This document shows, piece after piece, positions 30,122-39,480 of a stretch of DNA of 64,000 bases. The notes under the pieces were generated by a model. It had not been told where the DNA came from, did not search any database, and saw only the letters and a list, made by a program, of their open reading frames with translations. Every line of letters starts with the position of its first letter. Within the stretch, counting starts at the first letter, position 1. This DNA is from Candidatus Edwardsbacteria bacterium RifOxyA12_full_54_48 (lineage in GTDB: Bacteria; Edwardsbacteria; AC1; EtOH8): contig MFFN01000004.1 in NCBI GenBank assembly GCA_001777915.1, forward strand, positions 425,744-489,743, read 5' to 3'. Made by a program: the position numbers and the translations under genes.

Positions 30122-30407
30122 CCACCACCCGCTGATGGCGGACCTTTCCCAAAAAGCCCACGGCCTTAAGGTGCTCGGGATGCTTTTGATAGATATCCAG
30201 CCCGGCCTGGTCGTCGAATTCCGAATATAGCGCCAGGTCGTAGGCCGCTTCGGAGGGGTTGATGTTATGCCCGATCTCCAAAAAGCGCACAGTGTCGATC
30301 TTGTCCTTGAGCCCAGCCAGCATCTGGGTGGCCAGCTTTAGATTTTCGTCCTTGCCCCGGCCGTCGGCATGATCCTTGAAGGTCCACATTACGATATGTT
30401 TTATCAT
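30105..30407 (-). CDS. Dabb-family stress-responsive dimeric alpha/beta-barrel protein
   Basis: MIKHIVMWTFKDHADG...LEIGHNINPSEAAYDLALYSEFDDQAGLDIYQKHPEHLKAVGFLGKV matches the Dabb (stress-responsive A/B barrel) pattern. Start at MIKHIV. Confidence 0.65.
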   Translation of the reverse strand: MIKHIVMWTFKDHADGRGKDENLKLATQMLAGLKDKIDTVRFLEIGHNINPSEAAYDLALYSEFDDQAGLDIYQKHPEHLKAVGFLGKVRHQRVVVDYKV

Positions 30408-30626
30408 TTTATTATCTCTTGATTTCAGAATAAGAATACAACTTGACGGTGCTAAAATCAAGATAATTTATTGATAATTTATCGATAAAGTTTGGTATAA
30501 TGAATAGGGTTATATTTCAGGTCATTCTGAAAACGGCGTCTTGCCTTGCCCTTGAAGAATCCGAGATCCTTCCTTAGAAAAGTATCGGGTCTATTTCAGG
30601 ATGACGGAGAATAGTGATATTCATCC

Positions 30627-31328
30627 TTGAAACCGACCCTTAATAATAACCGGAGAATAATTATTAATAATCCTGAATTTCAAAAGATGGGCCGGGCCGT
30701 CCAGGCTTTGGGCGTGACGCTGAGCCAGGAGCAGATAGAGAAGTTGTTCCAGTTTCAGGTCCTGGTAAAGGAATGGAATGCCAAAGTAAATTTGATCTCG
30801 CGGCGGGACATTGACAACCTGCTGGCCAATCATCTTCTGGACTCGCTGACCGCCCTGCCGGCATTGTCGGCGAAGGCCTCGGCCGAAGTGATGGACCTGG
30901 GCCCGGGCGGCGGCTTCCCCGGGATCCCGCTGAAGATCTGCCTGCCGGAGATAAAACTGACCTGCCTGGAGGCCACCCAGAAAAAGGCCCGCTTCTTGGA
31001 GCTGGCCGCCAATGAGCTGGGGTTGTCAGACGTGCTGGTTATAGCCCAGCATTCCCAGGCGGTCCAAAAGGATATAACTCTTTTGAATCGGTATGATTTC
31101 GTCACCGCCCGGGCGGTGGCGGAACTAAAGGAGCTGGTGAAGATATCCTTTCCGTTCCTGAAGGTGGGGGGAAAACTGCTGGCCTACAAATCCAGCAAGG
31201 CCGGCCAGGAGATCGAGGCAGCCGGGGAAATCATAAATAAACTGGGGGGAACCCTGGAGGGTAAATTGCGCCAGGAGCCGGGAGCGGGCGACAAGGACCG
31301 AAAAATAATTATAATAAGGAAAGAATAA
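30627..31328 (+). CDS. rsmG: 16S rRNA (guanine527-N7)-methyltransferase RsmG (GidB); likely start at 30678 (MGRAV...)
   Basis: Conserved RsmG blocks: EQIEKLFQFQVLVKEWNAKVNLISRRDIDNLLANHLLDSL, SAM-binding VMDLGPGGGFPGIPL, and KKARFLE. Confidence 0.85.
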   Translation: MKPTLNNNRRIIINNPEFQKMGRAVQALGVTLSQEQIEKLFQFQVLVKEWNAKVNLISRRDIDNLLANHLLDSLTALPALSAKASAEVMDLGPGGGFPGIPLKICLPEIKLTCLEATQKKARFLELAANELGLSDVLVIAQHSQAVQKDITLLNRYDFVTARAVAELKELVKISFPFLKVGGKLLAYKSSKAGQEIEAAGEIINKLGGTLEGKLRQEPGAGDKDRKIIIIRKE

Positions 31329-31359
31329 ATAAACCCCAGTTGTAAACATAAGCGTTCTT

Positions 31360-32070
31360 ATGAAAAAAACATTTTTAATATTATTACTATTAGCATCCCT
31401 TGTTTCATCTCTGTTGGCGCAGGATAAGGTCACCGGGATTGCCACCGATATCCCCATATTGATGCACCGATCAACTTCAAATCCCGGCGCGTTTCCTCTG
31501 CCTTGGCGACGGAGCATCGTTATGTACGAATACGTTGATAAAAATATCAGTTGGTCTTTTGGGTGGGGCAGAGGCCTTGAAACCGAGTTTGGCTGGCAAG
31601 AACATTACTCATCGCCCGAGTATTTATTTACCATAAGATGGAAAACACCCTTCAGGGGTGCCCTGCGAAACGGAACTTTTATTGAATTCCATAATCGCAC
31701 ATTAAACGAAAGCAATTCCAACAAACTTACTATAGGTTATTTATTCAATAAAAACCAAAATCTTTCTTTTACTCCAACGATATCCCTGGGTGGGCGTGTG
31801 GCTATAACCCCGGCAATTGAGGCCGGATGGACGCCGTTTAGTCATCTGGCTGTTTCTTTGGGAACCGGATACGCTTTTGCTAATAACTCTCAAAAACTAT
31901 GGGAATCAAGCTTAGGTTTAAAACTGCGAATCTGGAAAGGAATTTTTCACCAATGGAAAATCAGCAGCACCTACGAGTCTCAAACATATTATGAGGAAAG
32001 TACTGACAGAAACTGGACTAATTGCACTATCTCTATTAAACAATACCAATATCTGGGCATAATGTTCTGA
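31360..32070 (+). CDS. Outer-membrane beta-barrel protein of unknown function
   Basis: Signal peptide MKKTFLILLLLASLVSSLLA. Beta-strand-rich. Ends ...YQYLGIMF (terminal Phe). Confidence 0.5.
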   Translation: MKKTFLILLLLASLVSSLLAQDKVTGIATDIPILMHRSTSNPGAFPLPWRRSIVMYEYVDKNISWSFGWGRGLETEFGWQEHYSSPEYLFTIRWKTPFRGALRNGTFIEFHNRTLNESNSNKLTIGYLFNKNQNLSFTPTISLGGRVAITPAIEAGWTPFSHLAVSLGTGYAFANNSQKLWESSLGLKLRIWKGIFHQWKISSTYESQTYYEESTDRNWTNCTISIKQYQYLGIMF

Positions 32071-32756
32071 TGAAATACACCCACTTGGTCCTTTTCGACA
32101 TAGACGGCACCCTGGTGCATTGCGGGCCCACCCCCAAAAGGGTCTTCAAGCAGGGCCTGATCGATACCTTCGGCACCGCCGGACCGATAGACGGCTGGAT
32201 ATTCGACGGCAAGACCGATCCCATGATCGTCCGGGAATTGATGGCCGAGGCTGGTGTGTCCTGCACTGATGAATTGGTGAAAAAGGCCCTTGATATTTAT
32301 GCCCAAGGAATAAAGAGAGAGCTTCCCGGAGAGGCAAACAAAAAGATCTATCCCGGAGTCATCAATTTATTGGAGGGGCTGGCCAAGCAGCCGGTTCTGT
32401 TGGGACTGCTGACCGGCAACATACAAAAGGGGGCCCGGGCGAAGCTGGGATCGCTGGACCTGTGGCGGTATTTCTCCTTCGGGGCCTTTGCCGACGATTC
32501 CTCGGTCCGCAAAGAACTGGCCGATATTGCGGTGCAGAGAGCTTATGAAATGACCGGACAGCAATTCTCCGGGAAGCAGATCGTCATTATCGGCGACACC
32601 GAACACGATATAAGATGCGGCCGGCACTTGGGAGCCAAGGCCATTGGGGTGGGCACTGCCCGAAGCACGGCCAAAGAACTGCTGGCCCACGGAGCGGATC
32701 ACGCCTTTGATGATCTTTCGGACCATGAACGGGTTCTTCGGGCAATTTTGGAATAA
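32070..32756 (+). CDS. HAD-superfamily hydrolase (phosphoglycolate-phosphatase-like, subfamily IA)
   Basis: Motif I LVLFDIDGTL, motif II LLTGN, motif III/IV ...K...VIIGDTEHD. Confidence 0.75.
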   Translation: MKYTHLVLFDIDGTLVHCGPTPKRVFKQGLIDTFGTAGPIDGWIFDGKTDPMIVRELMAEAGVSCTDELVKKALDIYAQGIKRELPGEANKKIYPGVINLLEGLAKQPVLLGLLTGNIQKGARAKLGSLDLWRYFSFGAFADDSSVRKELADIAVQRAYEMTGQQFSGKQIVIIGDTEHDIRCGRHLGAKAIGVGTARSTAKELLAHGADHAFDDLSDHERVLRAILE

Positions 32757-32770
32757 TTACTGGCAAGCAT

Positions 32771-32796
32771 AAAGCCCCGGCTTTTGCCGGGGCTTT
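32771..32796 (+). terminator. Rho-independent terminator after the HAD hydrolase
   Basis: AAAGCCCCGGC tttt GCCGGGGCTTT, then TATTG. Confidence 0.65.
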
Positions 32797-32811
32797 ATTG
32801 ATAGATGCAGA

Positions 32812-33357
32812 TTATGACTGCAACCCGATCATAATAGAGAATACGGAATGTTTGATGTCGTCATTATATTCTTTAAATATTTTACGAAGCCCCATTGTGT
32901 ACCTAACATCTAAAGATATTTTTAAGGGTGTTTTTATTTCAGTACCCAAAACAAGTCCCAAATCAGGGCTGTTAACATCCTGGCTGAAATCAAAATCTTC
33001 GATTTTGGCGTTAGCCAATAAACTTACCGCTGGCCCTAAATACGGGCTGATCCTGAATTTTTGGGACAATGGTATTTTTATTAAAACAGGGATTTCAAAA
33101 TAATTATATCTGCAACCAATATTATATTTCCACCCTTTTTGGGAAAACAATACTTCGGGTTGGATGCTGAAAGAGACAAAATCAAAATCACAAAAAGCTC
33201 CGCCGATAAAGCCAAACCTGGAATCGGGCCTATCGCATTCGATGCCGTAAATATTAGATATATTCATTCCGCCCTTCAGCCCGAAGGAGGTCGTTTGTGC
33301 CAAACACAAACCAGAGAACGATGTAAGTATCAAAATTACCAAGAGGCGTCTTTTCAT
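32812..33357 (-). CDS. Small outer-membrane beta-barrel (porin-family/OmpW-like) protein
   Basis: Signal peptide MKRRLLVILILTSFSGLCLA. About 160-aa mature barrel ending ...SIMIGLQS. Paralog of the next gene (GLKGGMNISN / GIKGGVNMAK). Confidence 0.55.
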   Translation of the reverse strand: MKRRLLVILILTSFSGLCLAQTTSFGLKGGMNISNIYGIECDRPDSRFGFIGGAFCDFDFVSFSIQPEVLFSQKGWKYNIGCRYNYFEIPVLIKIPLSQKFRISPYLGPAVSLLANAKIEDFDFSQDVNSPDLGLVLGTEIKTPLKISLDVRYTMGLRKIFKEYNDDIKHSVFSIMIGLQS

Positions 33358-33383
33358 GGTTAACTCCTGGTTACGGGTTGTTA

Positions 33384-33410
33384 AAAGCCCCGGCGCTAAG
33401 CCGGGGCTTT
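33384..33410 (-). terminator. Rho-independent terminator (GC hairpin) downstream of 33424..34023
   Basis: AAAGCCCCGG cgctaag CCGGGGCTTT palindrome with flanking A/T. Confidence 0.6.
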
Positions 33411-33423
33411 AGTGTTCCCTGTT

Positions 33424-34023
33424 TTAGAAAAGGGCGTAACCAACCATCAAAGATATCGTCGAATTTTTAACATCTGGGTTATAGGTCACGCCCAAAAACT
33501 CGAACTCTTTTGCCGTTGTCATAAGGCCTAAATTATACCGGGCATCAACCGTAAGTTTAATCGGGGTTTTCACATCCACTCCAAAAACCAATCCGAGGTC
33601 ACTGCTCATCACCGCATCTTTTACGTCAACGCCTTCCACATCGGCGCTCATAAGCATCCCAAAGGACGGCCCGGCATATATACTGGGAACCACGATCTTG
33701 CCCAGGGGAAATTTAATAAGCACCGGGATCTCAACGTAATTAAGATTCTGGTCTATAGAAAGGCCTAAAATCTCATAGGTGGCCCCCTTTTGTGAAAAAA
33801 GCACCTCGGGCTGGATATTAACGAACATCAGATCAATGGTGGCATAGGCTCCGCCCACCAACCCGGTCTTCATGCTGTTGGTTCCGGCATCCGCCCCGGT
33901 GAACTTGGCCATGTTCACCCCGCCCTTGATCCCCAAGGATAGCCCCTGGGCGGAACAGTATTGGGGAAGGCCGAAAACCAGGGCCGTGATCAGAGCCAAC
34001 AGGACAATGGTTGTCTTTCTCAT
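33424..34023 (-). CDS. Small outer-membrane beta-barrel protein (tandem paralog); start at MRKTT with AAGGAAAG RBS
   Basis: Signal peptide MRKTTIVLLALITALVFGLPQYCSA. Ends ...LMVGYALF. Similar to 32812..33357 product. Confidence 0.55.
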   Translation of the reverse strand: MRKTTIVLLALITALVFGLPQYCSAQGLSLGIKGGVNMAKFTGADAGTNSMKTGLVGGAYATIDLMFVNIQPEVLFSQKGATYEILGLSIDQNLNYVEIPVLIKFPLGKIVVPSIYAGPSFGMLMSADVEGVDVKDAVMSSDLGLVFGVDVKTPIKLTVDARYNLGLMTTAKEFEFLGVTYNPDVKNSTISLMVGYALF

Positions 34024-34152
34024 GATCTTTCCTTTCTTATTATTAGATGCTGGGCTTTCGCTGGGATATATGCTATAATAATTGCGGTCATAAGTCAATA
34101 CTTTATTTGAGGTTTAACGATTTTTTGAAGCCTTGCGGCTTTTCGGTTTTCC

Positions 34153-34180
34153 TTGACAAAGGCCGGCAGGCTATATTATC
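34153..34180 (+). promoter_or_regulatory. Candidate sigma70-type promoter for parA (TTGACA ... TATATT/TATTAT, sub-optimal spacing)
   Basis: Consensus -35 hexamer TTGACA at 34153..34158 followed 13-15 nt later by TATATTAT, ~60 bp upstream of the parA ATG. Confidence 0.25.
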
Positions 34181-34240
34181 ATATCAGTTTGCCAGCCAAC
34201 TTATCGGCATCCCCAATCAGGCTATTTTAGGAGCGTTTCA

Positions 34241-35011
34241 ATGTCGCGCATCATCGCCCTGGTCAACCAAAAAGGAGGCGTGGGAAAGACCACCTCGTCC
34301 ATCAACCTGGCGGCCTCGCTGGCCGTGCTGGAGAAGCCCACTCTGTTGGTGGACATCGACCCCCAGGCCAACGCCACCAGCGGGCTGGGCATAGACAAAA
34401 GCACGGTGGAAAGCGGCATCTACGACGTGCTGTTGAACGAGGTGCCCATCAATGACATAATTGTCCGGACCCAGCTGGACAAGCTGCATCTGGCGCCGTC
34501 CCAGATAGACCTGGCCGGGGCCGAGGTGGAGATGGTGGGAATGGAGGGCCGGGAGAATCTCTTGAAGCCCCACCTGGAAGCCTTGCGCGACAGGTACAAA
34601 TACATCCTGATAGACTGCCCGCCCTCGCTGGGCCTGCTGACCATCAACGCCCTGACCGCGGCCGATTCGGTGCTGATACCCATTCAGGCCGAATACTACG
34701 CCCTGGAGGGCCTGGGCCAGCTGCTGAACACCATCGACCTGGTGAAGAACAGCCTCAATCCGGAATTGGACATCGAGGGCATCCTGCTGACCATGTTCGA
34801 TTCCCGCCTCAACCTGGCCCAGCAGGTGGCCGGGGAGATAAAAAAGCACTTTCCGGAAAAGGTCTACGAGAACTTCATCGCCCGCAGCGTCCGGATAGCC
34901 GAGGCTCCGTCCCACGGCAAGCCGATCATATTATATGACGTCAACTCCAACGGCGCCCAGAGCTACCTAGCCCTGGCCAAAGAGGTGGCCGCCCGGAGGG
35001 GCGCGAAATGA
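34241..35011 (+). CDS. parA: Chromosome-partitioning ATPase ParA/Soj
   Basis: Deviant Walker A KGGVGKTT. Conserved ParA blocks (YILIDCPPSLGLLTINALTAADSVLIPIQAEYYALEGL). Length 256 aa. Confidence 0.9.
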   Translation: MSRIIALVNQKGGVGKTTSSINLAASLAVLEKPTLLVDIDPQANATSGLGIDKSTVESGIYDVLLNEVPINDIIVRTQLDKLHLAPSQIDLAGAEVEMVGMEGRENLLKPHLEALRDRYKYILIDCPPSLGLLTINALTAADSVLIPIQAEYYALEGLGQLLNTIDLVKNSLNPELDIEGILLTMFDSRLNLAQQVAGEIKKHFPEKVYENFIARSVRIAEAPSHGKPIILYDVNSNGAQSYLALAKEVAARRGAK

Positions 35012-35033
35012 TCATTTTACAGAGGAAACCCCG

Positions 35034-35669
35034 ATGAATAAAAGACCCTTTTCCGGCCTTCGTTCAATAGCCGCAATGATGGCCCTGGCGGTCATCATCC
35101 CGGGATGCGCCACATTGACCCAGATGGCTGGGGCGCTGTCCAACCTGCAGCGCCTGAAGTTCAAGGTGGCCGGGGTGGCCGACTTCACGGTGTCGGGCAT
35201 CGCCATCGCCGGCAAGCAGAAGATCGGTGATTTCACCCTGCTGGACGGGATCAACCTGATGGCGGCCTACCGCAGCAGGAAACTGCCGGCCGGGTTCACC
35301 CTCAACATCGAGGCGATCAATCCCAACGACGGCACCGGGGGCTCGCCCCAGACCAGCTCCACCCTGACCAGCTTCGAATGGCGCCTGCTGATAGACGACA
35401 AGCCCACCGTCTCCGGCAATATTGCGAGGCCCATCGAGATCCCCGGCACCGGACAGTCGGCGGCCATCCCGCTGCAGATAAGCCTGAACCTGGTGGAGTT
35501 CTTCGGGGAGAAGGGATACAACGACCTGCTGAACCTGGCCCTGGCCTTGGGCGGGGCCCAAAGCGACATCAGCCGTCTGGCCATAGACGCCCAGCCCCGG
35601 GTCAGCACCCCGCTGGGCGAGATCACCTATCCCGGGCGGATCACCATAGTATCCCAGGAATACAGATAA
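35034..35669 (+). CDS. Lipoprotein, possibly LEA_2/WHy (LEA14-like) family
   Basis: Lipobox AVIIPGC. Beta-rich sequence with ...NIEAINPND... and ...FEWRLLIDDKPTVSGNIARPIEIPG... resembling LEA14-like desiccation-related proteins. Family call is tentative. Confidence 0.4.
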   Translation: MNKRPFSGLRSIAAMMALAVIIPGCATLTQMAGALSNLQRLKFKVAGVADFTVSGIAIAGKQKIGDFTLLDGINLMAAYRSRKLPAGFTLNIEAINPNDGTGGSPQTSSTLTSFEWRLLIDDKPTVSGNIARPIEIPGTGQSAAIPLQISLNLVEFFGEKGYNDLLNLALALGGAQSDISRLAIDAQPRVSTPLGEITYPGRITIVSQEYR

Positions 35670-35679
35670 AGGAGCATCA

Positions 35680-36243
35680 ATGAACGTAAAGGGAACCGCA
35701 CTGGCGGTGCTGCCGATCTTCATCGAAAGCAAATTCGGCAAAGAAGGACTTAACAAATGGCTGGAATCGCTGAACACCGAGGCGGTGGCCTTGTACCAGG
35801 AGGCCAACACCATCAAGCTCAACCAGTGGTACCCTTTAAAGGAAAGCTACCTGGAGCCCACTGCGGCCCTGTGCGAGCTTTTTTATGACAACGATCCCAA
35901 AGGAGCCTGGGAGGTGGGCCGGTTCAGCGCCGACTATGCCCTTAAAGGCGTATACAAAGCCTTCGTCAAAATGACCTCGGTCAGCTTCTTCATCAAACGG
36001 GCCAGCCTGCTGATGACCACCTACTACCAGCCCAGCACCATGGAGCTCAAATCGTCCACCTACAGCCAGGCGGTCCTGCACATGACCGAATTTCCCGAGG
36101 CCCACCACCTGATAGAATCGCGCATCGGCGGCTGGATCCAACGCTCCCTGGAGATCCACGGCTGCAAGGAGGTGGCGGTGGAGACTACCAAATCCCTGGC
36201 CGACGACGATCCCCACACCGAATTCATTTTAAGCTGGAAATAA
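35680..36243 (+). CDS. Hypothetical cytoplasmic protein (187 aa)
   Basis: Protein-like ORF with RBS context, 10 bp after the preceding gene. No family recognised by eye. Confidence 0.45.
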   Translation: MNVKGTALAVLPIFIESKFGKEGLNKWLESLNTEAVALYQEANTIKLNQWYPLKESYLEPTAALCELFYDNDPKGAWEVGRFSADYALKGVYKAFVKMTSVSFFIKRASLLMTTYYQPSTMELKSSTYSQAVLHMTEFPEAHHLIESRIGGWIQRSLEIHGCKEVAVETTKSLADDDPHTEFILSWK

Positions 36244-36272
36244 TCCCGACACATCAGAATATTGGAGACCCC

Positions 36273-37151
36273 ATGACCGCACAGAAAAGAGGCCTGGGAA
36301 AGGGCCTGTCGGCCCTGATCCCGGCCAAGAAGACAGCCGCACCGGTGACCCCGCATCCCGAGGGCATCGAGCGCTTTTTAAAGCTGTCCGAGATCAAGCC
36401 CAACCGCTTCCAACCCCGCCGCTCTTTCCGGGAGGCCGAGCTGGCCGAACTGATGGACTCCATCAGGGAGAAGGGGATCATCGAGCCGGTGATCGTCCGC
36501 CGCAGCGGCTCCGGATACGAGCTGATCGCCGGGGAGCGGCGCCTTAGGGCCTGCCAGAAGCTGGGCCAGGAGAAGATCCCGGCCATCATCCGCCAGGCCG
36601 GCGACCAGGAGGCCCTGGAGATAGCGCTGATAGAGAACATCCAGCGGGAGAACCTCAATCCCATCGAGGAGTCCCGGGGCTACGAGCGGCTGGCCAGGGA
36701 GTTCAGCCTGACCCAGGAGGCTTTGGCCAGGAAGGTGGGCAAGGAAAGATCCACCGTGGCCAACAGCCTGCGGTTGCTGGCCCTGCCGGAAGAGATCCAA
36801 AAAATGCTGGAGGACGATAAGTTGACCGCCGGGCACGCCCGGGCCCTGCTGACGGTCAGCGACAGGCGAAAACAGCTGTCCCTGGCCCAGACCATAATCT
36901 CAAAGGGCCTGTCGGTCAGGGAGGCCGAAGTTCTGGCTAAGGGGGAGCCGGTCAAATCGTCCCTCACTTCTCCCAAAACACCCCGGCAATTGGACCAGCA
37001 CCTGACCAACATCCAGAACGAGATCCAGCGGGCCTTGGGCACCAGGGTGCGGATAGTGTCCCAGGGAAAGAACAAGGGAAAGATCGAGGTGGAGTATTAT
37101 TCGGCCGATGATTTCGAGAGGATCCTGCAGAAGCTCAGTATCAAGCTATAA
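36273..37151 (+). CDS. parB: Chromosome-partitioning protein ParB/Spo0J
   Basis: LGKGLSALI opening. ParB box GERRLRA. HTH region ([25 protein letters not shown]). Confidence 0.9.
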   Translation: MTAQKRGLGKGLSALIPAKKTAAPVTPHPEGIERFLKLSEIKPNRFQPRRSFREAELAELMDSIREKGIIEPVIVRRSGSGYELIAGERRLRACQKLGQEKIPAIIRQAGDQEALEIALIENIQRENLNPIEESRGYERLAREFSLTQEALARKVGKERSTVANSLRLLALPEEIQKMLEDDKLTAGHARALLTVSDRRKQLSLAQTIISKGLSVREAEVLAKGEPVKSSLTSPKTPRQLDQHLTNIQNEIQRALGTRVRIVSQGKNKGKIEVEYYSADDFERILQKLSIKL

Positions 37152-37203
37152 CATTTTGGCACGGCAAGGGACCGTGCTATATTTTTATCCAAAAGGAGCC
37201 CCA

Positions 37204-37686
37204 ATGGAAACAAAACTGGTTGCCATCAAAAAGCCCGAGGATATCAATTTCATCCTGGGCCAGTCGCATTTTATCAAAACAGTGGAGGATCTCTACGAGA
37301 TACTGGTCTCCTCTGTGCCGGGAATAAAATTCGGGCTGGCCTTCTGCGAGGCCTCCGGCGCCTGCCTGATCAGACATGAGGGAACGGACGATGAGATGGT
37401 CAGGCTGGCTAGCGAAAACGCCAAGGCGATCGGGGCCGGCCACAGCTTCATCATCTTTTTAAGGGACGCCTATCCCATCAACGTGCTCAATGCCGTAAAA
37501 AACTGCCCCGAGGTCTGCCGCATATTCTGCGCCACCGCCAATCCCTGCCAGGTGATCATCGCCGAAAGCGAACAGGGGCGGGGGATTATGGGGGTGATAG
37601 ACGGCTCTGCTCCAAAAGGGGTGGAAGATGAGGCGGGAATCAAGTGGAGAAAAGAGCTTCTGCGCCAGATCGGGTATAAGCGATAG
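37204..37686 (+). CDS. Conserved hypothetical protein (~160 aa; possibly PF04008 adenosine-specific-kinase-like)
   Basis: Start at METKL with AAAGGAG RBS. Cys-containing conserved-looking blocks ([32 protein letters not shown]). Family assignment is a recollection only. Confidence 0.4.
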   Translation: METKLVAIKKPEDINFILGQSHFIKTVEDLYEILVSSVPGIKFGLAFCEASGACLIRHEGTDDEMVRLASENAKAIGAGHSFIIFLRDAYPINVLNAVKNCPEVCRIFCATANPCQVIIAESEQGRGIMGVIDGSAPKGVEDEAGIKWRKELLRQIGYKR

Positions 37687-37717
37687 TCAAATAAGTTGAA
37701 ATTCATGGAGCAAAAAG

Positions 37718-39478
37718 ATGAATACTTTATTTAAATTTGTGTTTTGGGCTGGCGCGACATCTTGGCTTTTAGTTTCATCCGTCAACGCCCAGCCGCCGGC
37801 AACCGGCCGCCCGGCACCGGTATTAGAGAACACCCCGGCTCAGACAACGATAGCGGTGCTGGTGTTCTTTTACGACAAGGGATTTTCCACCAAGGACGAA
37901 TTAAGAAGCGCTTTGGATCGGCGCGGCCGGCAATTCTCCCAGCGGGCTCTCAAGCGCCGGGCTAAAGTGGGCCGGCAGGAGATGACCTTTGAAGACCTTC
38001 CGGTAAACGCCGATTACGTTCATCGGATCGCGGCCCTGGGCGCAAGGCACCGTCAGTCGCTAAACTGGTTCAACGCCGCCAGCTTCGAGATGACCGAATC
38101 CCAAGTTAGGCTCTGCCAAAACCTGAGTTTTGTAAAAACCATCGGCCTGCTTCCGGCCGGCAGTAAAAGGATCCTGCCGGAACTTGAAGATACCGACCGG
38201 AAGCCGCCGGAGACCCAAAATCCCAAGGCCCATCTGCTGAACTACGGCCCGTCATTCACCCAGGACAGCCTGATCAACGCCGTGATCTGCCACGACTCCG
38301 GATATTCCGGGGCCGGTGTGCTGGTGGCCATGCTCGACAACGGGTTCCGCAAGGGCCACCAGGCTTTTGATTCGATACGGGTTGGCGGCCGTTTGGTGGA
38401 CGAATGGGACTTCTGCACCAACCTGCCCTTGGTCGACAGCGCATCCCACGGCACCGGCACCTGGTCGGAGGCCGGCGGCTACGTTCCCGGAAAACTGATC
38501 GGCCCGGCATATAAAGCCTTGTGGGCCATCTATCACACCGAGGACAATTATCAGGAGATGCCGGTCGAGGAGGACCACTGGGCTGCCGCCCTGCAGAGGG
38601 CCGATTCCATCGGCGCAGAGGTGGTCTCCAGTTCGCTGGGTTACCGGGATTTCGATTCGTCCCAATATTCGTATTCATACCAAGACCTGGACGGCAACAC
38701 CGCCATCAGCACACTGGCCGCCAGGCATGCGGCGGCGCTGGGCATCATCGTCTGCAACGCCATGGCCAACTCCGGCCCGTCTCTGGGGAGCCTGGCCGCC
38801 CCAGCCGATGCCGATTCCATCCTCTCGGTGGGAGCTGTCAATTCATCGGGGATCATCGCTAGTTTTAGTTCTCGCGGCCCGACCTATGATGCCCGACCCA
38901 AACCAGAGGTCTGTGCGCAAGGAGTTAGTGACTATTGGGCAAACTGGAGTGATATTGATTCATTCAGTTATGCTTCCGGCACCTCCTGCGCCACGCCGCT
39001 GGTGGCCGGGGCCTGTGCCCTGATCCTTGAGGCCCACCCGGACTGGACGCCGATGCAGGTGCGGGAGGCCCTGATGATGACCGCCAGCCGGAGTACCAAC
39101 CCCGACAGCACCACTTACGGCTGGGGAATTATCGACACCTGGGCGGCCATGCATTATTCGCCCAGCGGGGCAGCCGAGGAAAAACCGGGGCCATCAGTCG
39201 GGCCGGGACTGGCGCTTTCCTGCCGGCCGAATCCGATGCGGTCGGGTGCTGTCATAAGTTTTGCCATGCCCGGATCGGGCAGCGCAATGCTGGCGGTCTA
39301 TGACATAACCGGCCGGCTGGTTTATCAAACAGCGACAATCTATGCTGCACCCGGAACAAATCATTTCTCCTGGAACGGTCATGACCGCTCTGGCCGCTTA
39401 TTGGGTAACGGGGTTTATTTCTGCCGGGTGAACGGCGGGGGCCGGGCAGGAACAATAAAGATCACCATCATCCGCTGA
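37718..39478 (+). CDS. Secreted S8-family (subtilisin-like) serine peptidase with T9SS-type C-terminal sorting domain
   Basis: Signal peptide. Catalytic triad contexts VAMLDNGF (Asp), SHGTGT (His), GTSCATPLVAG (Ser). C-terminal ...LAVYDITGRLVYQ...GVYFCRVNGGGRAGTIKITIIR Por_Secre_tail. Confidence 0.8.
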   Translation: MNTLFKFVFWAGATSWLLVSSVNAQPPATGRPAPVLENTPAQTTIAVLVFFYDKGFSTKDELRSALDRRGRQFSQRALKRRAKVGRQEMTFEDLPVNADYVHRIAALGARHRQSLNWFNAASFEMTESQVRLCQNLSFVKTIGLLPAGSKRILPELEDTDRKPPETQNPKAHLLNYGPSFTQDSLINAVICHDSGYSGAGVLVAMLDNGFRKGHQAFDSIRVGGRLVDEWDFCTNLPLVDSASHGTGTWSEAGGYVPGKLIGPAYKALWAIYHTEDNYQEMPVEEDHWAAALQRADSIGAEVVSSSLGYRDFDSSQYSYSYQDLDGNTAISTLAARHAAALGIIVCNAMANSGPSLGSLAAPADADSILSVGAVNSSGIIASFSSRGPTYDARPKPEVCAQGVSDYWANWSDIDSFSYASGTSCATPLVAGACALILEAHPDWTPMQVREALMMTASRSTNPDSTTYGWGIIDTWAAMHYSPSGAAEEKPGPSVGPGLALSCRPNPMRSGAVISFAMPGSGSAMLAVYDITGRLVYQTATIYAAPGTNHFSWNGHDRSGRLLGNGVYFCRVNGGGRAGTIKITIIR

Positions 39479-39480
39479 AC

